A stretch of DNA of 64,000 nucleotides, taken from the NCBI GenBank assembly GCA_017543445.1, contig JAFYGB010000026.1, positions 5,366-69,365 on the forward strand, given 5' to 3'. This document shows positions 9,184-17,038 of this stretch, in pieces (within the stretch, counting starts at the first letter, position 1; each line of letters starts with the position of its first letter). Made by a program: the position numbers and the translations under genes. This stretch comes from Lachnospiraceae bacterium. GTDB lineage: Bacteria > Bacillota > Clostridia > Lachnospirales > Lachnospiraceae. The notes under the pieces are model-generated. The model was not told the origin of the DNA, did not search any database, and was given only the letters and a program-made list of their open reading frames with translations.

Positions 9184-9236
9184 GCCCCCGGCACAAATCT
9201 GTGGTATACTTACAGAATGATGCCGGGGGCTTTTGT
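9184..9236 (+). terminator. leuA terminator
   Basis: gcccccggca...tgccgggggc with an inner tctgt/acaga stem, followed by TTTT. Confidence 0.6.
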
Positions 9237-9312
9237 CTCCCGCTGCGGCCGGATCATTACTCGTTTTAGCACGAGAAGACCCGGTACGAATTATAAAAAT
9301 GAGGTTCACGAA

Positions 9313-11052
9313 ATGTCTGAGCAGAAAATCATGCTGGGAAATGAAGCCATTGCCCGCGGTGCGTACGAAGCCGGTGTGAAGGTTTCCGCTGCGTATCCCG
9401 GTACTCCGAGTACCGAAATCAGTGAAAACATCGTCAAATATCCCGAGATCTATTGCGAGTGGTCGCCGAATGAGAAGGTTGCGACCGAAGTTGCCATCGG
9501 CGCTTCGATCAGCGGCGTTCGTGCCATGGCGTCCATGAAGCACGTCGGGGTCAATGTTGCATCCGACCCGCTCTACACCATCTCTTACGGCGGTGTGAAC
9601 GGCGGTCTTGTTTTAGTCGCTGCCGACGATCCGGGTCTGTACAGCTCGCAAAATGAGCAGGACAGCCGTATGGTCGCACGTGCCGCAATGGTGCCCGTGC
9701 TGGAGCCGTCGGACAGCCAGGAAGCAAAGGATTTCACAAAGCTAGCTTTCGAACTTTCCGAGAAGTACGACACCCCGATGATGGTTCGTACCACGACCCG
9801 TATCGCGCATTCGCAGGGTATCGTTACCTTGGAGCCGCGTGTGGAGGTCGAGGATAAGCCGTACAGCCGTAATCCCGCAAAGTTCGTCATGATGCCCGGC
9901 AACGCGAAGGGTCGTCATGTATATGTTGAGCAGCGTCTGAAGAAGATGGCGGAGGACGCTTGCACATTGCCCGTAAACCGTGTGGAGATGCGCGACACGA
10001 AGATCGGCGTCATCACCAGCGGTATCCCGTATCAGTATGTCCGCGAAGCATTGCCCGATGCCAGCGTTCTGAAGCTGGGCCTGGTACATCCGCTGCCGCG
10101 TAAGCTGATCGAGGAGTTTGCATCGAATGTAGATACACTTTATGTCGTTGAGGAACTGGAGCCTGTGATCGAAGAGCAGGTGAAGTCCTGGGGCATCAAG
10201 GCGATCGGTAAGGAGATCCTGACCGTGCAGGGCGAATACAGCGCGAATATGCTGCGTAAGGCCATCCTGCATCAGGAGCTTGATATCGAGGCGCCCGCTG
10301 CCGTTCCGGCGCGTCCGCCCATCCTGTGCCCGGGCTGCCCGCACCGCAGCGTATTCTCCGTTATGAATAAGCTCGGCATCCACGCGGCCGGCGACATCGG
10401 CTGCTACACGCTCGGCGCCGTAGCTCCTCTGAATGTTATCGATACCACCGTCTGCATGGGCGCTTCCATCAGCACCCTGCACGGCATGGAGAAGGCGAAG
10501 GGCCGCGACTACATCCGCAACTGGGTAGCGATGATCGGCGACTCGACCTTCATGCACACCGGTATCAACTCTTTGATGAACATGGTTTACAACCAGTCGA
10601 ACGGTACCGTGATCATCATGGATAACTCCACGACCGGTATGACCGGCCACCAGGACCACGCCGCTACCGGTAAGACCCTGATGGGCCAGGAAGTTCCCGC
10701 CATCAGCATTTACCACATGTGTAAGGCGATGGGCATCGAGCATGTCGTTGAGGTCGATGCATTCGACATCCAGACACTCGAGAAGGTCGTTAAGGAAGAA
10801 GTAAACCGCGACGGCGTTTCGGTCATCATCACGAAGTCTCCTTGTGTTCTTCTGAAGACCACGAAGACCACACATAAGCTGGTCGTTCACTCCGATAAAT
10901 GTAAGAAGTGCGGCCTGTGCCTGAAGCCCGGCTGCCCTGCTCTCACGAAGGCAGAGGACGGCACTGTAAAAGTAGATGCGACCATGTGCAATGGCTGCGG
11001 ACTGTGCGCGAAGCGTTGTCCGTTCGGAGCACTCGAGCAGGTCGCTCTGTAA
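9313..11052 (+). CDS. iorA: Indolepyruvate:ferredoxin oxidoreductase subunit alpha
   Basis: MSEQKIMLGNEAIARGAYEAGV..AAYPGTPSTEI, a TPP-binding region, and a C-terminal 2x CxxCxxCxxxCP ferredoxin motif. Start chosen at the internal ATG 9313. Confidence 0.85.
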   Translation: MSEQKIMLGNEAIARGAYEAGVKVSAAYPGTPSTEISENIVKYPEIYCEWSPNEKVATEVAIGASISGVRAMASMKHVGVNVASDPLYTISYGGVNGGLVLVAADDPGLYSSQNEQDSRMVARAAMVPVLEPSDSQEAKDFTKLAFELSEKYDTPMMVRTTTRIAHSQGIVTLEPRVEVEDKPYSRNPAKFVMMPGNAKGRHVYVEQRLKKMAEDACTLPVNRVEMRDTKIGVITSGIPYQYVREALPDASVLKLGLVHPLPRKLIEEFASNVDTLYVVEELEPVIEEQVKSWGIKAIGKEILTVQGEYSANMLRKAILHQELDIEAPAAVPARPPILCPGCPHRSVFSVMNKLGIHAAGDIGCYTLGAVAPLNVIDTTVCMGASISTLHGMEKAKGRDYIRNWVAMIGDSTFMHTGINSLMNMVYNQSNGTVIIMDNSTTGMTGHQDHAATGKTLMGQEVPAISIYHMCKAMGIEHVVEVDAFDIQTLEKVVKEEVNRDGVSVIITKSPCVLLKTTKTTHKLVVHSDKCKKCGLCLKPGCPALTKAEDGTVKVDATMCNGCGLCAKRCPFGALEQVAL

Positions 11053-11062
11053 GGAGGCAAAC

Positions 11063-11650
11063 ATGGCAGTACAAACAAAAGAAACGAAAAATATCATGAT
11101 CGTCGGCGTCGGTGGTCAGGGAACCCTCCTCACCAGCCGTATCCTCGGCGGTATCACGCTCGACGCGGGCTATGACGTAAAGCTCTCCGAAGTACACGGC
11201 ATGGCGCAGCGCGGTGGCAGTGTCGTAACCTACGTTCGTTACGGCAGCAATGTTGCAGAGCCCATCGTAGAAGAAGGCCAGGCGGACGTCCTCATCGCCT
11301 TTGAGCGTCTGGAAGCCCTCCGCTACGCACACTTCCTGAAGAAAGGCGGCGTACTGATCGTCAACGATCAGCGCATCGACCCGATCACCGTAGTGACCGG
11401 CGCAGCCCAGTACCCCGCTGACATCCTGGACACCCTCCGCGCGAAGTATAAGGTCATCTCGGCCGACGCCTCCGCCGAGGCACTGAAGCTCGGCAACCCC
11501 CGCGTCTTCAACACCATCATCATCGGCATGGCCGCAGCCCACATGGACTTCGACAAAGAAGCATGGCTCAAAGTCATCGAAAAGACCGTGCCCCCGAAGA
11601 CCGTAGCCATCAACCAGGCAGCCTTCGAAGTCGGATACAACTTGAAATAA
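11063..11650 (+). CDS. iorB: Indolepyruvate:ferredoxin oxidoreductase subunit beta
   Basis: NIMIVGVGGQGTLL..SEVHGMAQRGGSV. The ATG at 11063 is preceded by aaggagg. Confidence 0.85.
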   Translation: MAVQTKETKNIMIVGVGGQGTLLTSRILGGITLDAGYDVKLSEVHGMAQRGGSVVTYVRYGSNVAEPIVEEGQADVLIAFERLEALRYAHFLKKGGVLIVNDQRIDPITVVTGAAQYPADILDTLRAKYKVISADASAEALKLGNPRVFNTIIIGMAAAHMDFDKEAWLKVIEKTVPPKTVAINQAAFEVGYNLK

Positions 11651-11712
11651 ACTTTTTCAAGCATCTTCCCAAGATGCTCCATAACCTAGGAGGCAACACG
11701 CCTCCACACAAC

Positions 11713-11748
11713 CCCCCGGCGGACCACCGCCGGGGGTGTTCTATTTTG
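11713..11748 (+). terminator. iorB terminator
   Basis: cccccggcgg acca ccgccggggg followed by a T-rich tail. Confidence 0.7.
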
Positions 11749-11794
11749 AGAAAATCCCTCGCACCACAAGCTGTTCGCTCTCCACAACTCTCCC

Positions 11795-12156
11795 GTGTGT
11801 CAGCGGGGACGGTTCCATTTGACACATCCACAGCTTGGTGCACAGCCGCGGACAGAGGGAAGCGTGATGCCGCCCGCGACCAGGCATTGGAGCGAGCGGA
11901 TGAAAAACGCTGCGACAGAGCAGTCGGATGATGGGCAAAATCGGACTCCGAGGCCGATTTTGAGCTAGCTGAGGTCGTTTTCATCAAGAAAACGGCCGAA
12001 TTCGAAGCGGTACCATCAAATCCGAATGCGATGCTCGCGGCAACGTTTTTCACCGTGAAGCGACCTGACTGGGAACGAGCGGCATCACGCAAAAACCATG
12101 AAGCTGCGGCGGACCACAACCGAGAGGTGTCAAACGGAACCGTCCTCATTGACACA
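11795..12156. repeat. Composite inverted repeat: two inverted ~80-90-nt arms, each carrying a family-1 hairpin plus a GCGTGATGCCGC block
   Basis: Hairpins lie at 11795-11827 (forward) and 12126-12156 (inverted). The 12-nt block at 11862-11873 is exactly complementary to 12079-12090. In both arms the block starts 67 nt from the hairpin start. Confidence 0.7.
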
Positions 12157-12208
12157 GTCCAGGGAGGGGGCGCCATGTGCGGATCCTCCGCCGTGGCAGG
12201 GGAACGAA

Positions 12209-12252
12209 TAAAAAAAATGCCAAAAGGGACGAGCCCTTTTGGCACATTTTTT
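12209..12252. terminator. Bidirectional terminator
   Basis: A8 - tgccaaaaggg acgag cccttttggca - T-rich tail. Confidence 0.7.
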
Positions 12253-13453
12253 ATTCGTTCGTGTAGTTGTCGAAGTAACCCTGGATCAGGATGATGGGCG
12301 TTCCCTTATCTCCGGAGCCGGAGGTGAGGTCGCACAGCGAACCGATCAGATCGGTGAGCTGGCGGGGTGTGGTGCCCTGGGACGCCATGTTGCCCTTCAA
12401 GTCGCCGTCCTTTGCTTTGATGCTCTTGGAGATCGCCTCACGAAGAGCGTCGCCGGACAGGTTTGCGAAATCGTTATCCGCCAGGTACTTGAGTTTCAGT
12501 TCATTCGGTGTTCCGATGAGTCCGTCGGTAAATGCCGGGGAAACGACCGGATCGGCCAGCTCCCAGATCTTACCCTGCGGATCCTTAAACGCGCCGTCGC
12601 CGTAAACCATGACTTCGACGTGCTTACCGGTCGCCTTCAGGATCTGCGACTGAATGTCGAGAACCAGCTGCTTGCACTCTCTCGGGAAGAGCTTGATCTT
12701 CGTCTCGGTGGATTTGTTGGAGCCGAGCAGGCCGTAGCGCTCGTTGTAGCCGCTGCCATTGATCGGTGCAGTGCAGATGTCATCCAGACCGCAAACCACC
12801 TTCGCGCCCGCCTCTTTCAGAATGCGCTTGGTACGCTTACGTGTATGAATATCACAAGTCAGAACACAATCGGTGTAATCTAGGATCGTCTTCGCATGGT
12901 TCGCGAAAATGATCTCGACCTCAGCGCCTGCCTCGGTGATGATGTCGGAATAATACTGAACGTAGTCAACGCCCGTGAACTCATGCTTATTCTCGCCGAA
13001 CAGTTCACGATAACGCGTAAGCGTCAGAACGTCGGAATACGGGTTGATGCCCGCCTCGTCCAGCTGATCGATGGTGATGAGCGCATTGCCCACCTCATCG
13101 GAAGGATAGCTGAGCATCAGAACGACCTTCTTGCAGCCCATTGCGATACCCTTCAGGTTGATCGCGAAACGGTTACGCGACAGGATCGGGAAGATCACAC
13201 CCACGGTGCCGCCGCCGAGCTTTGCGCGAACGTCGTCCGCGATGTCGTCTACGGTCACGTAGTTGCCCTGGGAACGAGCCACGATGGACTCGGTCAATGC
13301 GATGACGTCACGGTCACGCAGCTCGAAATCCTCGCTCTTAGCGGCCTCGAGAACGCTCTCTACCGTAATATCAACTAAGTTATCACCTTCACGGATAATA
13401 GGCCCGCGAATACCTCTGGAAACGGTTCCAACACGTCTTTCCATTCTAACCAC
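12251..13453 (-). CDS. CofE-like (F420-0:gamma-glutamyl ligase family) protein
   Basis: The N-terminus GTVSRGIRGPIIREGDNL...DRDVIALTESIVARSQGNY resembles the ~400-aa Firmicutes CofE/FbiB-like family. The assignment is from memory of the family, not a search. Confidence 0.5.
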   Translation of the reverse strand: MVRMERRVGTVSRGIRGPIIREGDNLVDITVESVLEAAKSEDFELRDRDVIALTESIVARSQGNYVTVDDIADDVRAKLGGGTVGVIFPILSRNRFAINLKGIAMGCKKVVLMLSYPSDEVGNALITIDQLDEAGINPYSDVLTLTRYRELFGENKHEFTGVDYVQYYSDIITEAGAEVEIIFANHAKTILDYTDCVLTCDIHTRKRTKRILKEAGAKVVCGLDDICTAPINGSGYNERYGLLGSNKSTETKIKLFPRECKQLVLDIQSQILKATGKHVEVMVYGDGAFKDPQGKIWELADPVVSPAFTDGLIGTPNELKLKYLADNDFANLSGDALREAISKSIKAKDGDLKGNMASQGTTPRQLTDLIGSLCDLTSGSGDKGTPIILIQGYFDNYTNE

Positions 13454-13607
13454 CTCTCCGGCATCTCTGCCATCTCTATTTTCGGTTTTTCTCTCTCATA
13501 ATACCTTGCTGCCACCAAGCAGACAGCGCCTTATACATTATACATATAAGGCGCTGAATATGCAAGTATTATTTATTTGTCATTTCGGCGAATGATCTCC
13601 ACCGGCG

Positions 13608-16028
13608 TCAGACGCTCTCCTTCGAAACCGCCTGCATCTTCCGCTTCACGATCACGCGGTTCATAACCAGGATCACTACCGCCACCGCGACGAGCAGCAA
13701 CGTCATGGGCATGGTCCAGGTCAAAACATTATAGTACCGCTCCGACAGTTCACTCGCAAAGAGCAGGTTGAACGCTGCCATGACGCCTAGGCTAAGGAGT
13801 GTGGTCAATACCACACAGGTCAGGGCGATGTCGAGAGCATTGACCGTAAAGATCTTTGAAATGTCTTTTCTGGTTACGCCGAGGATGCGAAGATCCGCAA
13901 TATAATCCACGTTTGTACGTGTTGTTACCCGGAAGTAGCTTTCGAGGATGAGGATCGCAATAATCCCCAGGAAGCCTGCGATCGCCCATACAACGGGAAG
14001 TGCTCCATGGAGCGTATCCTTGATATAGTACACGCCTTCTGCGTATGGCTCCTTAAACCGGATGTCGAGTTTTTCCGCGCTTTTGAGCAGTGCTGTGTAA
14101 TCGGTCATATCAGTGCAATCGAGCAGATATTCATCGAAATAGTAATAGTCGAGATGACGTTCACAGATCTTCTCAAAGATCTCATCTGCAATCAAATAAT
14201 CTGCGGGCACATCATCACTATAAACGCCTACGACCGTGATACCATCGGGAAAGAACTCCGCCATGCTCAGATAGCTTGAATAGTACTCATGATAGTCTGG
14301 GTCATGAATGTCAAGGAAGCTATAATGCGCTTCACCCTCATTCATCTTCAATGAGATATCGTACATCCAGGCCATATTTGCCGAAACCAGCACTTCGTTC
14401 GGCTTCTCCGGCATACGGCCGACGCGGAACTGATCCTCCTGAAGGAGGGACAGAGCGCCGACAACGCCATCACTCACAGGTTTATTCAGAAATGCTGCCG
14501 GCGTCTCTCCACCGAACGGAAGCACATACGGGAGCTCCAAGTAATCCTGATACTCCATGTGCGAAACGAACGCTTCTTTTCGCATAACACCGATCGCATA
14601 TCGATACTTCAAAAAGTAGGATGCGAAATCCCCGTTGCGTTGCGAGGTCAGTTTTTCGGCCAGCCCGTATTCCGCATGATCCGTTGAAATGATCCCGCAA
14701 ACAGAGAACCTGCCCAAACTGGTCATTATGTCATCCCCGAGCGAAGCGCCGAGTTCCCCCGCCATATAATCGGTGAGGGCGATCTGCGAATTATTCTCCG
14801 GAAAATGTCCTTCGGTGACCGGAAATGCTGCCTGCTGTGTCTCAGTGATCGCGGCCAATGTAATATCACATCGGGTGTTAGTCGCCTCGCCTCTGTTCCT
14901 GTGGGTCGCCCAGGTTTGGACCGTCGGGATCAGCGGATGTCCGGTCTCCTGCGCCAGTGTTTCGACTCTGTCCAGATAATACGAGCCCCGGTTTATATCC
15001 TTAGTCCACGAATCGTCATCGGATGCGTCTGTAACCTTTACTACGCCCGTAAGCGTCTCCGGCTGATATTTTTCAAAATACCCTTTCAAGGTCTTATTCG
15101 CATCAAAACATGCGCAATATACCAACAAAAGCGCGGCTACCAGCGCAAGTATCACCATGAATACAAGGCCTTTTCTTTCCTTTCGGAACATGCCGGACAG
15201 ACGAATGCGGTCACGAACCGGCAGTTTCCGCGCCTTTACATCGTAACGCTGCGGGAGGATCTTCTCGCTCTCCCGAGTGTTCTTTCTTTTTTCTTCGACT
15301 GTTATGCTTTCACTTAAATCATCCGGAGGCATGATGCTGCCGACGCTGATACGTTTCTCCTCCACAAACTGTCCGTTTTCCGCGCACAGTTTGTGATCGG
15401 CATACCTCGACGCCAGTTTTGGCTCCTCGGTCGCGACGATCACGAGGCGTGTTTTGGATGCCTCTTTTAAGGTCGTCATGACCTCTTTTGCAATATCCTC
15501 TTCCAAGTCTGCGGTCGGCTCCTCCGCCAGAACGATCTTCGGGTCTTTTTCCAGAGCCCGGGCAATCATCACCAGGCGACGGCCTGTCTTTGAGAGCTTC
15601 GAGATCGGCATTGCTTCAAATTCTTCCAGCGCAGCGGCCTCGAGGATCGCATGGATCCTCTCCCAGGTATCTTCCGCTTTTTTATCTTCCCAGTCCTGGA
15701 TATTCAGGGCGAGTTCGAGGCACCTGTAGACCGTCATTTCCGGGCGCAGTTTGCTATCCCGGAAAATGATTCCGAGATCTGTATTTCGATATAAATCGCG
15801 CTCCTGCTCCGTCATTTCCACGAGGGCATTATCATTCACGATCACTTCCCCCGAATCAAACTCGGACAGGCCGGCGATCACGCGCAAAAGGGTCTTTATC
15901 GCCAGACGGTCTGAACCCGTCAAAACGATCAGCCCCTGCTTCGGAAGCGAAAAGGTAACGTCGTTCAAAACCGGTACCTCGCGTCCCTTCACTTCTGTAT
16001 TCTTCACCAATCCGCGGATCTTGATCAT
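13608..16028 (-). CDS. MacB-type fused ABC ATPase/FtsX-permease protein with degenerate ATPase motifs
   Basis: It has ABC-like fold order, but Walker A is LTGSDRLAIKT, the signature is LSKTGRR, Walker B is IVLAEEPT, and the H-loop is replaced (VATEE). C-terminal FtsX-like TMs are present (LRILGVTRKDI...). Start chosen at MIKIRGL (16028) with an aagagg RBS. Confidence 0.75.
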   Translation of the reverse strand: MIKIRGLVKNTEVKGREVPVLNDVTFSLPKQGLIVLTGSDRLAIKTLLRVIAGLSEFDSGEVIVNDNALVEMTEQERDLYRNTDLGIIFRDSKLRPEMTVYRCLELALNIQDWEDKKAEDTWERIHAILEAAALEEFEAMPISKLSKTGRRLVMIARALEKDPKIVLAEEPTADLEEDIAKEVMTTLKEASKTRLVIVATEEPKLASRYADHKLCAENGQFVEEKRISVGSIMPPDDLSESITVEEKRKNTRESEKILPQRYDVKARKLPVRDRIRLSGMFRKERKGLVFMVILALVAALLLVYCACFDANKTLKGYFEKYQPETLTGVVKVTDASDDDSWTKDINRGSYYLDRVETLAQETGHPLIPTVQTWATHRNRGEATNTRCDITLAAITETQQAAFPVTEGHFPENNSQIALTDYMAGELGASLGDDIMTSLGRFSVCGIISTDHAEYGLAEKLTSQRNGDFASYFLKYRYAIGVMRKEAFVSHMEYQDYLELPYVLPFGGETPAAFLNKPVSDGVVGALSLLQEDQFRVGRMPEKPNEVLVSANMAWMYDISLKMNEGEAHYSFLDIHDPDYHEYYSSYLSMAEFFPDGITVVGVYSDDVPADYLIADEIFEKICERHLDYYYFDEYLLDCTDMTDYTALLKSAEKLDIRFKEPYAEGVYYIKDTLHGALPVVWAIAGFLGIIAILILESYFRVTTRTNVDYIADLRILGVTRKDISKIFTVNALDIALTCVVLTTLLSLGVMAAFNLLFASELSERYYNVLTWTMPMTLLLVAVAVVILVMNRVIVKRKMQAVSKESV

Positions 16029-16139
16029 AGCGTACCTCTTTCTGAGGGCACTCCCTCGATAGTATTGTATCATACAGTCGGCGGGAGAAAACGACAAATG
16101 CTTTAGTTTTTTCTTAATGATTTCTTACGTGCGGTCCAA

Positions 16140-16176
16140 CGAAAAGAGCCCGGATCTCTTTGCGAGATCGAGGCTC
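16140..16176 (-). terminator. Terminator downstream of the CvpA-like gene
   Basis: On the minus strand: gagcctcgatctc gcaaa gagatccgggctc followed by ttttcgtt. Confidence 0.55.
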
Positions 16177-16203
16177 CTTAACGTACTGTATTTTGTTTTT
16201 CTC

Positions 16204-16992
16204 CTAGAACCCTACGCCCATCAACAGCCGCATGAGCAGGTTGTTGTTATACATAGTACCGAGGATATTATTGTCCATGATCATCTGCTGGCAGTCCGCG
16301 AAGAATTCCACCGTGGGAAATGCGGAAACCAGGATGAAGAAGAACCAGAGGACCGCCACGCCGTAGATGAAGCCTAAAAGGCCGCCGGCCAGGTGGTTCA
16401 GACCATTGATGATCGGCAGCATCGATGCAAAATCCAACAGGTAGATCAGAATGTGCAGCGCGATCAAAAGAACCAGGAATATGCTCACATATACGACTGC
16501 GTCGATCACCATGGCTGTGATGAACTTCGTAAGGAAGTTCGGGAACTTATCAACGCCGAGCTGCTCGTAGGTCTCCTTGTTGTTGTGTGTTACGATGTGC
16601 TTCGTAATACGCTCCGGGAGCGGCAGGTTTCGAATCACCTCGTTCTGCTTCGTGATATCCTCTTCACTCGGCATGAGATTAACGTTTTCGTTTATGAAGG
16701 TTTCGATCCGCTTTTCGACCGACTGACCGATGCCTGAGCCGGCCACCTTATCCGAGATGGGGCCTCCGAGGAAGTAGGCTCCGATGAGAGCCAGGATCAA
16801 TGCGAACGTGCTCAGAAGCATACGGAAGAAACCAACGGCAAAACCGATCACGGTCATGCCGGCCACCAGGATGATGGCACTGATAAACATCCAGTTCAGG
16901 CCGCCGGAAGATGCCTTTTCCGCTGCCTGCGTCACGGCTTCGGTAGCGGCCTCAGCGGTCGCCTGGGAAGCCCAAAGTATGGAATTTAACAT
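16204..16992 (-). CDS. CvpA-family-like membrane protein
   Basis: Multi-TM protein. The N-terminal TM pair LNWMFISAIILVAGMTVIGFAVGFFRMLLSTFALILALIGAYFLG resembles CvpA. Confidence 0.45.
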   Translation of the reverse strand: MLNSILWASQATAEAATEAVTQAAEKASSGGLNWMFISAIILVAGMTVIGFAVGFFRMLLSTFALILALIGAYFLGGPISDKVAGSGIGQSVEKRIETFINENVNLMPSEEDITKQNEVIRNLPLPERITKHIVTHNNKETYEQLGVDKFPNFLTKFITAMVIDAVVYVSIFLVLLIALHILIYLLDFASMLPIINGLNHLAGGLLGFIYGVAVLWFFFILVSAFPTVEFFADCQQMIMDNNILGTMYNNNLLMRLLMGVGF

Positions 16993-17038
16993 AATAATTC
17001 AATCACCACTTTTCAAATTGTAGAAACGGGCGGCGTGC

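Noticed and set aside
11563-12294. ORFs of 65-211 aa (11563-11931+, 11610-12245-, 11741-11938-, 12031-12294+) inside the iorB/CofE-like intergenic gap.
   Set aside because: They run through two terminators and the inverted repeats. Their translations are low-complexity (Arg/Ala/Ser) and they have no RBS. The region is better explained as repeat or RNA sequence.
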